Below are positions 39,687 to 52,725 of a stretch of DNA of 64,000 nucleotides, piece by piece. The stretch's first letter is position 1. Each line of letters starts with the position of its first letter. The position numbers were made by a program, and so were the translations under genes. Location: positions 22,320,001 through 22,384,000 of the forward strand of contig NC_045138.2 of the NCBI RefSeq assembly GCF_008831285.2. Reading direction: 5' to 3'. Source of the stretch: Nymphaea colorata (Eukaryota). The notes under the pieces were generated by a model. The model was not told the origin of the DNA, ran no database searches, and worked only from the letters and a program-made list of their open reading frames with translations.

Positions 39687-42600
39687 GGATCATCTTGCAT
39701 GAAAAAGTTCAGGTGGAATCAAACCTGAAGCGAATAGGTTTTCAACTTGCAAGCATGTTCCCGCTATGTGCACATGAGGAGGAGGACGTGTTTCATCCTT
39801 TTTGGCTGTGCCTAGTCTTTCAAGAGATCTTCCGCAGAACAGGGCATCTACCAATGATAATCAAAATGATATCTCTTGTTTGCGTGATACTTTCTGTGGT
39901 CCTCATGACATATGCTCCACTTTAAATAGACGAAAATACGGCGCGCTTGGCTGTTTACAACCTGGCGTTCGATCTGGCTGCATAGATGTGGCATTGTCTT
40001 CAGTGGTGCTCAACTTGATATCGGGAAATTAAACCTGCAGATTCTGTTTGACACTTCTGTGCTCATAATGAGGAGAAAAGCTCCTCTAAACTGATTTCCT
40101 TGTTACCATAATATTAGGCTTTTCTTATTTCCTTTCTTTTTTTCTAGTTTGACCTTGTACTTGGTGTATCTTCCAACAACTTGTTGGTTGTAATTTGGTC
40201 TTGCTATGAGTAATGCTATTTCTGCTCTCCCTCTTTGGGGATGAAGCTCTCACTCTCTCTCTCTCTTAGGTCCCATTCTCTCCTCTCAACAGGTTCTTGC
40301 TCTCTCCGCTCAGTTCTGCCAGCACCATTGCTTCTTGTTCATGTGAAGACCGCTCTTTCGTATGTGCCAATCTTTGACATCCACTTCCTTTCTTCCAGAT
40401 GATCATTCGGCCCCTTTGTCGGACCAATCACCATCTTCCCCTCCCTGTTGCTTCACCTTTTGCAGACGTCAGATGCAGGGGTAGAGGAAAGCGGGCCGGC
40501 AAGGGCGTTGGCCCTTCCTCAAATTTTTAAAACTTCAAAAATTTGTATACAAATTTTAAAAATTTTAGTTTAATCTTTATAAAAAATATGAAAAATTTTA
40601 TTTGGATATATGTTCCAATGTTGTAATGTTGTATAGCTGTACCATTCCTGTAACGTTATGTAACTGATCACAAATTATAGTATATAATACAAGGTATACT
40701 CTTGCAAGAAATATGCAAGAGAGTAACTGATACTCATCTTCTTGAGTCGTCACTCATACTCATCTTCTTGAGTCGTCACTTGCTCGTCTTCTTGTTTCAC
40801 ATTTCTTTCAGGATGATCCTGCATGAAAAAGTTCAGGTGGAATCAAACCTGAAGCGAATAGCTTTTCAACTTGCAAGCATGTTCCTGCTATGTGCACATA
40901 AGGAGGAGGATGTGTTTCATCCTTTTTGGCTGTGCCCAGTCTTTCAAGAGATCTTCTGCAGTACATGGCATCTACCAATGATTAATCGAAATGATATCTC
41001 TTGTTTGCGTGATATTTTCTGCGGTCCTCATGACATATGCTCCACTTTAAATAGACGAAAATGTGGCGCGGTTGGCTTTTTACAACCTGGCGTTCGTTCT
41101 GGCTGCGTAGATGTGGCATTGTCGTCAGCGGTGCTCAACTTGATATCGGGAAATTAAACCTGCAAATTCTGTTTGACGCTTCTGTGCTCATCATTAGGAG
41201 AAAAGCCCCTCTAAATTGATTTTCTTGTTACCATAATATTAGGCTTTTCTTATTTCCTTTCTCTTTTTCTAGTTTGACCTTGTACCTGGTGTATCTTCCA
41301 ACAACTTGTTGGTTGTTATGTGTAATGCTATTTCTGATCTCCCTCTTTGGGGATGAAGCCCTCTCTCTCTCTCTCTCTCTCTTAGGTCCCATTCTCTCCT
41401 CTCAACAGGTTCTTGCTCTCTCCGCTCAGTTCCACCAGCAACCATTGCTTCTTGTTAATGTGAAGACCGCTCTTTCGTACGCTGCCAATCTTTGACATCC
41501 ACTTCCTTTCTTCCAGATGATCATTCGGCCCCTTTGTCGGACCAATCACCATCTTCCCCTCCCTGTTGCTTCACCTTTTGCAGACGTCAGATGCAGGGGT
41601 AGAGGAAAGCGGGCCGGCAAGGGCGTTGGCCCTTCCTCAAATTTTTAAAACTTCAAAAATTTGTATACAAATTTTAAAAATTTTAGTTTAATCTTTATAA
41701 AAAATATGAAAAATTTTATTTGGATATATGTTCCAATGTTGTAATGTTGTATAGCTGTACCATTCCTGTAACGTTATGTAACTGATCACAAATTATAGTA
41801 TATAATACAAGGTATACTCTTGCAAGAAATATGCAAGAGAGTAACTGATACTCATCTTCTTGAGTCGTCACTCATACTCATCTTCTTGAGTCGTCACTTG
41901 CTCGTCTTCTTGTTTCACATTTCTTTCAGGATGATCTTGCATGAAAAAGTTCAGGTGGAATCAAACCTGAAGCGAATAGCTTTTCAACTTGCAAGCATGT
42001 TCCTGCTATGTGCACATAAGGAGGAGGATGTGTTTCATCCTTTTTGGCTGTGCCCAGTCTTTCAAGAGATCTTCTGCAGTACATGGCATCTACCAATGAT
42101 TAATCGAAATGATATCTCTTGTTTGCGTGATATTTTCTGCGGTCCTCATGACATATGCTCCACTTTAAATAGACGAAAATGTGGCGCGGTTGGCTTTTTA
42201 CAACCTGGCGTTCGTTCTGGCTGCGTAGATGTGGCATTGTCGTCAGCGGTGCTCAACTTGATATCGGGAAATTAAACCTGAAAATTCTGTTTGACGCTTC
42301 TGTGCTCATCATTAGGAGAAAAGCCCCTCTAAATTGATTTTCTTGTTACCATAATATTAGGCTTTTCTTATTTCCTTTCTCTTTTTCTAGTTTGACCTTG
42401 TACCTGGTGTATCTTCCAACAACTTGTTGGTTGTTATGTGTAATGCTATTTCTGATCTCCCTCTTTGGGGATGAAGCCCTCTCTCTCTCTCTCTCTCTCT
42501 TAGGTCCCATTCTCTCCTCTCAACAGGTTCTTGCTCTCTCCGCTCAGTTCCACCAGCAACCATTGCTTCTTGTTAATGTGAAGACCGCTCTTTCGTACGC

Positions 42601-43954
42601 TGCCAATCTTTGACATCCACTTCCTTTCTTCCAGATGATCATTCGACCCCTTTGTCGGACCGATCACCATCTCCCCCTCCCTGTTGCATCACCTTTTGCA
42701 GACGCCAGATGCAGGTACAGAGGCAAGCGGGCTGGCAAGGGCGTTGGCCCTTCCTCAAATTTTTAAAACTTCAAAAATTTGTATACAAATTTTAAAAATT
42801 TTAGTTTAATCTTTATAAAAAATATGAAAAATTTTATTTGGATATATGTTCCAATGTTGTAATGTTGTATAGCTGTACCATTCCTGTAACGTTATGTAAC
42901 TGATCACAAATTATAGTATATAATACAAGGTATACTCTTGCAAGAAATATGCAAGAGAGTAACTGATACTCATCTTCTTGAGTCGTCACTCATACTCATC
43001 TTCTTGAGTCGTCACTTGCTCGTCTTCTTGTTTCACATTTCTTTCAGGATGATCTTGCATGAAAAAGTTCAGGTGGAATCAAACCTGAAGCGAATAGCTT
43101 TTCAACTTGCAAGCATGTTCCTGCTATGTGCACATAAGGAGGAGGATGTGTTTCATCCTTTTTGGCTGTGCCCAGTCTTTCAAGAGATCTTCTGCAGTAC
43201 ATGGCATCTACCAATGATTAATCGAAATGATATCTCTTGTTTGCGTGATATTTTCGGCGGTCCTCATGACATGCTCCACTTTAAATAGACAAAAATACGG
43301 CGCGCTTGGCTTTTTACAACCTGGTGTTCGATCTGGCTGCATAGATGTGGCATTGTCTTCAACGGTGCTCAACTTGATATCGGGAAATTAAACCTGCACA
43401 TTCTGTTTGACACTTCTGTGCTCATAATTAGGAGAAAAGCCCCTCTAAACTAATTTTCCTGTTACGATAATATTAGGTTTTTCTTATTTCCTTTCTCTTT
43501 TTCTAGTTTGACCTTGTACCTGGTGTATCTTCCAACAACTTGGTTGTAATTTGGTCTTGTTATGAGTAATGCTATTTCTTCTCTCCCTCTTTGGGGATGA
43601 AGCTCTCTCTCTCTCTCTCTCTCTTAAGTCCCATTCTCTCCTCTCAACAGGTTCTTGCTCTCTCCGCTCAGTTCTACCAGCAACCATTGCTTCTTGTTCA
43701 TGTGAAGTCCACTGTTTCGTATGCTGCCAATCTTTGACATCTTCCTTTCTTCCAGATGATCATTTCGCCCCTTTGTCGGATCACCATCTTCCCCTCCTGT
43801 TGCATCACCTTTTGCAGACGTCAGACACAGGGGCAGAGGTAAGCGGGCCGGCAAGGTCGTTGGCCCTTCCTCAAATTTTTAAAACTTCAAAAATTTGTAT
43901 AAAAATTTTAAAAATTTTAGTTTAATCTTTATAAAAAATATGAAAAAATTTATT
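39508..43954 (+). repeat. Four-copy tandem array, unit ~1.1 kb (1118-bp period between copies 2-4)
   Basis: Matching ORF starts recur at 40702, 41820 and 42938. Each unit is the 3' part of the Copia-4 LTR + LINE-3 3' end + (TC)n + flank + part of a MITE-like repeat. Confidence 0.97.
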
Positions 43955-45099
43955 TCGACTCTTGTTAAAATCTTAAAAGGCCAAGACCAATCATCTCCTT
44001 AGGCAATTCCCATCTGGCACCTCTCCTTCTTGTAGGCTAATGTTTTGCAGTGTTATCTAAGCACTACCTAAATCCTTTAAGATAAATAATGTTACCTTCT
44101 TCCACACTGATGAAACCGTAACAGATCTAGGATTTTCTAACTGAGGGGCACCTGAATCACCAGCACAGGTCTCATGTGAGCGACCTATATAATTTTTGTT
44201 TTCTCATAAGTTAACTTTAAATTCTTATAATGGAACTTTTGATGGCCCGGCCCCCATGCATCTACGCCACTACAATGAACATATATTTGTTACAATTGTG
44301 GAAACCGATAGTACATATGTCCGGTGAAAATTCTAAATGGGGAGGTGGAATTTAGAATTTGATTAAGGTAAGTCAAAGGAGGTTACTAAAAAAAAAAAGA
44401 TTTTTTTTTTTACTGCTTTAAATTTTTGCAATGTTAGTCCAATATCTGGACTGGATGGTTGTTGATTTGAAATCCACTAACCCTGCCTTCGCAAATCGGA
44501 GGATGTCTTCCCTCACTTTCATATGTCCCCATCAATTTTTCTTTGCAAACTTAGGGCCACATGGGCATCGCTCCTCATTGTCTTCTGCAAAGTGCAAGGC
44601 AGCAGCTCGTCTGCCTTTTGGGTTCTTGGCCTTCTGGCCCATCTTCTAGATTCACTTTACCTCCAACGACAAGATGAAACTTCATCACGTGCATGAAAGG
44701 CTAAGTCATACTAAAACCAAAACAAACTGATACAGTGCATCATTGTCAAGTGGGATTGAGAATCCAAGAAATGAGCCGAATGTATCAGAAGGGATGGCAG
44801 AAAGAGCAAGTTCTTAACGTGCGCCATGGCGTCTTGCGTCAACAAAGTGCATCTGGTCAGCAGATTGAGGTCATTGTCATGCAAAACTAATGGCTCCTTA
44901 TCAACAAGTCCCCACAACAAGTTACATCCTTTTACAGGAGAATTCATATCACTTGATAAAGTTTAAAGAGATAAAATTATGGTACCATACAAACAAGATA
45001 ACTCAATAAAACAAATTTCCACCTATAGATATCCCTTCACTTGTAACCATTTCTAATACCTTTACAAGGAGTAATCAAACCACGGACTTGACCATGTAG

Positions 45100-46414
45100 T
45101 TCTAATGCCTAAGTGTGGTTTCTATTTCCTAAATGCATTAAAAGAAAATGTGTCAGCCTTGAAAGGTCTCAGCTTGAACTCCAAGTGGATCATCAGAATT
45201 TTAGGGCTTTGAACAGAAAAGCTCCAAGATTAAAATCCAATATCATAGTTCCAAGGGTTATCTAGAACCTATAAGATCCAAATTTCATGTGATCCACCTG
45301 GTTGTGGTCTAAAATCCAATGCAGTTTGTGATCCAAATTTGAGATTAATTCATAGTTATGATCCAGTGTCATTAATTTTAAATTTGAAATCAAGTTTCAA
45401 TCATGAAGAAGATCTAAGGTCCTCATGTTCCCAAGATCCAAGGGTCCAATCATTTGAGATCTAATCAACATTAGGGTCTCTGAAATCAATACTAAATAAG
45501 GTTGAAATTATCCTAAGGTTGGGATCAGCCAAAACTTAGGACTTCATTATGAGATATTGAAGTAACGTTTCAATAGGGGTCAGCCAAACATCCTAATTAT
45601 CTGGTTGTTGCACTGAGTTGGGAGCCCTAAAGCTGGTCTAGGTTTAGCCTTAGAAGATCCATGCAAGGTTTAACCTAAGTTAGGCCTAGATTATGTATGA
45701 ACTTAGAGTTTTCAAAAACTGGTTTTACATGTTTTGTTTTTAAAATGCATTTTAGAAATATGAATTCTAAAGTGTGCTCGATTATATATAACTTAAATTG
45801 AATTTGGATGTTTCATGTGCCCAAACCACCATCAAAGGCACGGTACTAACCCTATTCTACTTAATTCCTAGCTTTGCTGTGTTGCATGCAACATTCCAAT
45901 AGACTATGGTGCATAATGTAAAACCTGTGCATATGCATATGCACGCGTAGATGTAAGGAATTAAAGAAAGGAAACTATATGCATGATGCAGAAAGTAAAA
46001 CACAAGAAATTAAATAATTAAAATAGAAAAAAAAGGAGAGGGAGGCATACTTGACCTTCATATCCAATCCTAAAGACAGGAAATTAAATTATAACAATAA
46101 AAGTTAGAAATAAACTGTCATAAAACGTGCTTAAGAAAATAAGAAAGAAAAGTATTCTAGGCAACCTTTAGAAGATACAAAATTACCTAAAACAACGCTA
46201 CTAAGAATTCAAAACTAATTACCTAAAGCATGCTATTAAGAAGCAGTAAACAAAGAGGAAAGGAAAAGAAAATTACTCGACGGACGAATTCCCACAGATC
46301 CCTGGCCGTGGCCTCCCTAAGTTGGGACCAGACTTACAAACATCTCTGAGGTAAGCAGTTTTTTGCTTATCACTACCGTGACTTGAGCCAAAACACGACC
46401 GAGACTCTTAGAAC

Positions 46415-46470
<56 letters not shown>

Positions 46471-46902
46471 CTCACCCCAAGGGGTATTTATAGCGGCCAA
46501 GTGGAAGACTTCTCTCCAACTTTGATAAAAGGCTAAGTTTTGAGCCATAATAATTAATGAACTTTAGAAATTTTGGATCAGAGATCCAGATCAGAGATTT
46601 GGACATATGAATATAGAACATGGATCGAAGTTATGCATAAAGAGATTTGTATTGAAGTTCTAGAAATATAAAATCAATAACTTAAGTACACGTGATGTAT
46701 GCACGAAGTTTATGCATAGGATAATGGAATGATTGTTTTGCCTTTGGTATGGGTTTGGAACCAGAGAAACATAGATCATGGATTTGAGTGATAGAGGCAC
46801 CTCTGAATTGAAATTTCAGAGTTTTGAAAAATGATAAACTTATGTATATGTAACATATAACTTAAGCGTATCCATAGTAATATTATTTAGAATGTAATGA
46901 CA
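45100..46902. mobile_element. Probable Gypsy-type LTR relic
   Basis: Long non-coding stretch with an internal (TA)n, ending ...TGACA where the neighbouring Copia gag is cut. Left boundary uncertain. Confidence 0.4.
46418..46467. repeat. (TA)n microsatellite
   Basis: Seen directly. Confidence 0.97.
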
Positions 46903-48086
46903 GGTTTGCTCCCGTGTAGGTTTGGATTATAGATCATACATCTAAGTGAAAAATGACTTTGAATTGAATCTCCATTGGTCTGACAAGGGGTGATGCCTTC
47001 TTGAAATTGACATGTAGAGTCATTTGCATGGGTTGACTTTCTTTTTCTTTTAATTTCAGTGCAGAGTTCATTACTTTTCTTCGAGCAAGGAGAAAACCAA
47101 TTTGAATGAGCTCGTGATAAGGAATGAGGCCCAGCAAGAAGCTTAAAAACCTCATCTTCCTCCAAGCACTTTTGAGATGTGTCATCCGTTGGAGGGCAAT
47201 ATTGCAGCAACTCGTCAAACATCCCACGCAATGCTCTAACATAATGGTTAAAGGTTTTGCGTTCATGGTTGAAATTATGGATTTCTTTGTTGTAACTCAC
47301 AAACTCTAGCGAAGTTGTATTGCTGACCATATACTTCTTTTACCGCATCCCATACCCTTTTCGCTCTGTTCATTAACATAAGACTGTCTTTAATTTTGGG
47401 TACCATAGAGTTCAGTAGCCAACTCACAACTATGTCATTTTCTGATTCCCATTTTCCAATATACCAGTGACTAGAAGAGTCTGATTCCTTGATTTTTTTC
47501 AGAGATGTACCTATTAACTTAAATTTCCCACTATGCAACAGTTTCACAGATTTACACCAACTGAGATTATCATTTCCTGAGAAGGGTTCCATGGTGGATC
47601 CACAGGATGTGATTTCTGATCGGAACATCCATTTCTATGATCCATGAGCATTGTCTCTCTCAGGCAAAGGAACAGTTTCTGATTCTGCCAAGAATGAGAA
47701 TGGAGTTGCACGACACTCACCAGAGCCGGCTGTTCTTTGGTACCATGTCATGAGGATAGACACGCGCAGCATAGAATTGCTCTCACAGACACATGGGGCA
47801 CCAAATTGGTTTGGCTTTGAAGCCTGGTCCATGGTGAGGACTCTTTCACACTGCTTTTTCCATTCATACATTCACCATTGCAGAGATACAAAATATAAAT
47901 AAAGGTGTGAGCGGATGGTTAGAGGAACATGCGCCTCAAAGGGAAGTACACCAGCTCAATGGAATCACTGCCAAACTTGTACTTGATTTTAGAATACCAC
48001 ATCCCAATCACATAGGAAAGTCCCATGTTGAACGCCAAGATGAGGGCTGACTATAGCACCTTTCTATTATTATTTTCACCACAACA
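46903..48086 (-). mobile_element. Truncated Copia (5' LTR + PBS + gag fragment)
   Basis: gag fragment (VVSWLLNSMVPKI...VWDAVKEVYGQ) 47275-47628. PBS-like TGGTACCAAAGA on the minus strand ending at 47745. Putative LTR 47746-48086 (TG...CA). Confidence 0.75.
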
Positions 48087-49138
48087 TCAATGTTAGTACA
48101 TGGACCAATAGTACCCCATAGATTCTTTAATTAAAACTATTTGAAATTTATAAAGATTTTAAAAACTTCTTTAAAATATTGTATATAAAATATAAACAAG
48201 TCCCTCCAAAAGTTTGTAAAAAGATATTCTAATGGGCTCTTCAACTTTTATTGTGAGTCGCCAATGATGTCAAGCATCATGCCCTGCATGATAAGGTCCA
48301 ATAGAAAGCATGCTTGTGAACTTAATTTCTAGGTTGATATCCTAAAATTAATATTTATAAGACTTGGTACAAAGTTTCATGAATTGATGGAATCTTCCCC
48401 TCAAAGACAAATTAATGGCAGTTTAGGATGCAACTAAATGCACGCCAACAATAAAATAGCATGCCCAAAGCATTATATATGGTTGGTGTACTCCTCGCAT
48501 TGCCGCTTTGAAGTACTTAAAAAACGTGGCTGTTGAAAAGCCTTGCCTGCACTGATTCTTCCAGGTAAGAACCAATCATCATCACATTATAAATACTAAG
48601 GAAAAAGCAGTTTACTTTGTTCTAAAAATTAATTAAATTATTCAGTGTCATGATGAACCCACATCATAAGCCCAAGAGAAGTTGCTTTATTTATAAAATG
48701 GTACGCAAGCAGAAGCGGATGATTAAAGTTGCTCTTGGGAAGCGCACAGGCTTTGTACTTTTGCCATAGAATATTGGTCGGTTGGAACAGACTTTAAGGT
48801 GATGATCTGCAGCATGGTTCCGTGAATCGTCGCATGCAGTATCGAGATCCAAATGTCTATAGTACAGTGCAAGATTAAGATTATTAGCAAATTAACGCCA
48901 AAGTATAGATGGTTTTCAACATAATCACAAATATTGCGAATTGGTTTTAAGCGGCTTGGTTTTCCCTTGTATTTACTTGATTCTCAAGCCTCGATGACTA
49001 CAAGAAGAAAAGGAAAAGATTTCATTCACTGTTCAAAAAGCGATACAAGGAAAACATTACAGTACCTACTTTAATGTTTTTGGTCAACCTAGCTAGCTGG
49101 CTTCCTTGGGGAGTACGAATTAATACGGGAGGAACTAA

Positions 49139-49261
49139 GGGGCTGTTTGAAATATGTTCCTGCTTCTTACATCTACCTAAAAATTGGTTATATTTGCCAG
49201 GCATTTTAAAATTATTTTAACTTTTTACAGAAACAATACTGTTACTGTTCCCAACAGCCCC
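49139..49261. mobile_element. Tourist/PIF-like MITE
   Basis: TIR GGGGCTGTTTG / CCAACAGCCCC, 123 bp long, preceded by TAA. The right flank is TTT. Confidence 0.55.
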
Positions 49262-49980
49262 TTTGGGAAGAGGAGTGACATGTTTTAAGTCAGTTATTAT
49301 AAGTGAAACCGATCATTTGGCTACTCATCTAACGATGATTCCCCGTGAGGAAGGAAAAACTTATATACTATTATGTTTTCCATGCTCAAGTATTTACTCA
49401 CTTGGTGTTTAACTTCGCTGTGATCTCTTATCCCTTGAGTACGCAACTGGGGCACACAATGAGTCACCTCATGGACATTCGCTGCATTTCTGCGCATTGG
49501 GATCCTTTTCTCATTGAAAGCATCATGCAGTTCTCTTGGTGAGCTGGAAGGTAGGTGTGCGTCTCGCACGGCGATAGCTAGTTTGACTACGGAAAAAGAA
49601 AATCGCAAGGCGATGTTGGCGTGAAGTGAACATGCTGGACCACGAAGATACCATAGTAGAAGCAGCTAAATGGATACAACCAAGTGCCCACTGCATGGAG
49701 AGACAGAAAGAGAGAGACAGAGGATGAATCAGGTCATCTTATGCAAATTGTACAGTATGAAACATATAAAGAGTAAGAGAGAGAGAGATAGGTGGTTTGA
49801 AGAAGACGGTGTTGAGACAGGAAAAGAGAAAGGGGACCAGACTATCATCCTTTTTAGAGGATTAGAGGGTGTTTGATAGCCTCGGATTAGACATTTAAGA
49901 TAAGACACTCACATCCAATCTTAAATTCGACAATTTCTCAGTAAAATCAACCAACCAGAGTCTTAAATGTAGATCTTAAC

Positions 49981-50349
49981 TGCATTTTCACAAAAAAACG
50001 CTGGTTTTTTTTAAAAACGCGTATTTAACGCCAAAAACAGTTCTGCCATATAATAATCGTACTATTCTCGTTTTTTTAAAAAAAAATGTCAAAAATAAAA
50101 ATACGTATAATACCCGTATAATACCCATGTTATACGTTATTTTCCCGTTTTTTGCTGTTATTTTTTCGTTTTTTGTCGTTTTTTTATTAATTATTATTTT
50201 TTATAATTTTTAAGATGTATTAAATGTTTAATTTTTAAAAAAAATTTGCCGAACTATTCCCGTTTTATTCTTGATATATAAAACTTTGCCGTATTATACC
50301 CGTTTTTTTCCTCACCGTTTAATACTCGTCCCCGTTTTTTGTAACAATG
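49981..50349. mobile_element. hAT-like MITE
   Basis: Imperfect TIR CATTTTCACAAAAAAACG / CGTTTTTTGTAACAATG. 8-bp flanks ATCTTAAC / ATCTTAAG. A/T-tract interior similar in design to 3369-3743. Confidence 0.65.
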
Positions 50350-52495
50350 ATCTTAAGTCGATCGTAAGTTTGAGGACTCGTAGATTTTACCATAGATCAC
50401 ACTAACAAAAGCATGCCGCACCACATCCTCATCGGATCTGTAGATCATAGAGACGGGCTGTAATGGGGGTGAAGAGAAAAGGACGGATGAGGGGCGTCCA
50501 TCATTTGCCCACGAGTGGGAAGGACCCACTTCACGCGCACACCCCCTTTCGTCACCTGCACTGCTGGACTTACCTTTGGCCCCAACGCCACGCCCCACCA
50601 TTGCCTCTTCACAGGTCCTCTCGTGGGTGTGGCGTGGCCCTCTCCCATTCAGCCCATCCATTCATGGGCACTTCTTATACATAAATTGAACAGTTGTTGA
50701 CCGATGGAAACAGTGAAAGTGATTTTCAAGCTGGACTGTGCATGCCAACTAGATGTTCTATTTTTTTTTTTTAGTTTTTTCACTATAAAAAAGAATGGAT
50801 TGACCAATGCGTGGAAAAGTGGACGTCCGCGAGAGATTATTTTTACTTTCACAGTATGTTGGAGCTTATACTTAGTTGCCCATTTTCTAAGTTCATTCAT
50901 ACCTTCTTTAGTATCTCCCATTTATTCTTCACTATATATCCTTCATACTCAACAGATCAACTCCATCGTTTAGGCTGTGGACCATTTTAAATAAATATCG
51001 AAAAGACATTCTTGAATGATTGTGAACAGTAAGTAGCTAGGCCTAGGAACGACATTCTTTTAGTTGAACGATCGAGAAGATAGTCAACAGAAGAAAACAT
51101 CCGCCTTTGATTTAGTGCATGACAGGACCTTGTTATAAGGATCCAACTCTCTAAGGGATCTATGTTTGAGCTTTTTCTGCCGATAAAACTCTACCGGCTA
51201 GTCGGAAAAACATGAGTCCCTTGTCAGTTTTAAATATTTTAAGCCCGACGATTGCATCGATGCAATTAGTTTCGCTCAAAGGCACTTGCAAATGTGAAGA
51301 GCTCGTTTCCTGTTTTGTTGTTAGCGTGTGGGAAATGATAAAGCATCACGTCTGTTCGGTAGCCGACACAAGTTAAGCTACATGTTCCGAAAGAGCTTGT
51401 TAATCTGAAAAAAGAAATGGAAGGAAAAATGTTGACGACTCGGAACAATAAGCACTTAGCGTAAGTAGTTAGATTGGTAAGGGGTGAAATCAATTTTAGT
51501 TGTCAATTCAATTCGATTTTAGTGGGTGCTATATTGTATCATTCTCCACCCATGTTCTGGAGCAACCTTCGTCTCAAGGAAAGAAAGAGAAAGGTGAAGG
51601 TTTCGACCTTTTAGGTTATCTCTAGAGAAAGGCTAAGTCGATGAGTGGAAACTAAAAAGCCTAGTTTTCAGCTTTTTTTTTTTATTCTTTTTTCAATTGA
51701 CGATCTAGACACCTTAGCATTTATATATCTGCCTTTGCGGTGGGGCATTGAAAAACGCACGGTGGATTTTAATACACCTGACCCACCGCAGTATAAAACT
51801 TCCCTTTCCCCTCTTCACGAAAGATCCATTAATCACCTTAGAAAACGTCTCCCAATTGTAAAATCAACCATTACCATGGACCAGCTTCATGCAAAATCTT
51901 CCCCAAGAATATGTCCCTGTCTCATAATTCCACGTTGTTTTCCAGAGTGCAATGAATCCTTGCGTCCATCACGATTTTCATTAATTGAATGGCCGTCCAT
52001 TCAGGTGTCAGGTTCGTCAAGTAAACGAACCGAATGTGTGTTAGCTTTGTGGTCTTCATTTGTGGGAGTTACTGTCAAATAGTTCAAGTGGTGTTTGTTT
52101 CCTTGTGGCACGCAGTGTTCTCCACTGTGGAGAAAAAGCTAAATGTACATGGTGATCCCATTTCAAGCCTAGTTCTCCTAATCTAAAAGCCTTTTTTTTT
52201 TTTTAAATCAAGTCGCTTTTCTTTTTCCTTATCTGCAATTATTCTATTCTAAAAAGTAATCAAGAAAGCAAAAACATGTACATAAAATTCTTTGCCTAGC
52301 TAATCTTGAAAGTCTATAATCTGAAATAAAATGTGGTTATATATGCAGAGAATTTCTTGTCGCAGGATTATCCATCCCTTTCAATAATTTCCTCTCGTGG
52401 TACGTAGAACCCGAGTGGCATAAACTCTGTAAATTCTAGGCGCATAAAAGTAGCCATGTTGTCCATGTCATCTTCTGCGACTGCCCTCTCCAGCA

Positions 52496-52504
52496 CTATT
52501 TAAA
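52496..52504 (+). promoter_or_regulatory. Putative TATA box of the MIZ1-like gene
   Basis: CTATTTAAA about 230 bp upstream of the main ATG. Confidence 0.45.
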
Positions 52505-52725
52505 CCCCACAAAGGTGGTGTCCCTGGCCAACACCATGAACACCATACTGCAAGAGAAGAAGATCGATCAACGGAGATTCTGCCAAGCTTAAGACCTTCA
52601 ATTTGAAGGAGCTAGGTGAAAGGGAGCTCCATATTCAGATTGCATCTCTTCTGAGGTAACTGATCAGAATCTTGCCTTACCTTTAATTACCACCGTTTTC
52701 ATCCGTCGGACAACCGGCCGTGGGA

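Larger units (their letters stand above)
27720..40245 (+). mobile_element. 5'-truncated L1-clade LINE (LINE-3), split by two Copia insertions
   Basis: RT pieces ~27800-28987 (LMPKK, YRILSRLLANRL, QFAFSKGR, QYADE), a middle piece 33562-34233, and the zf-RVT/3' end from 39687. Removing Copia-4 restores KFLAWMILHEKVQVESNLKRIGFQLASM. Confidence 0.85.

Noticed and set aside
40702..41157. 151-aa ORF repeated in the tandem array as a novel gene family
   Set aside because: TTG start and a chimera of LTR and decayed LINE zf-RVT; no evidence of a real protein.
44431..44947. Short ORFs between the array and the Gypsy-like LTR
   Set aside because: No recognisable domain.
49321..49700. Minus-strand 95-aa ORF as a small peptide precursor
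   Set aside because: No in-frame ATG or signal peptide and no recognisable peptide-hormone motif.
50358..51076. Possible TIR pair TCGATCGT...ACGATCGA
   Set aside because: Only an 8-bp match and no TSD.
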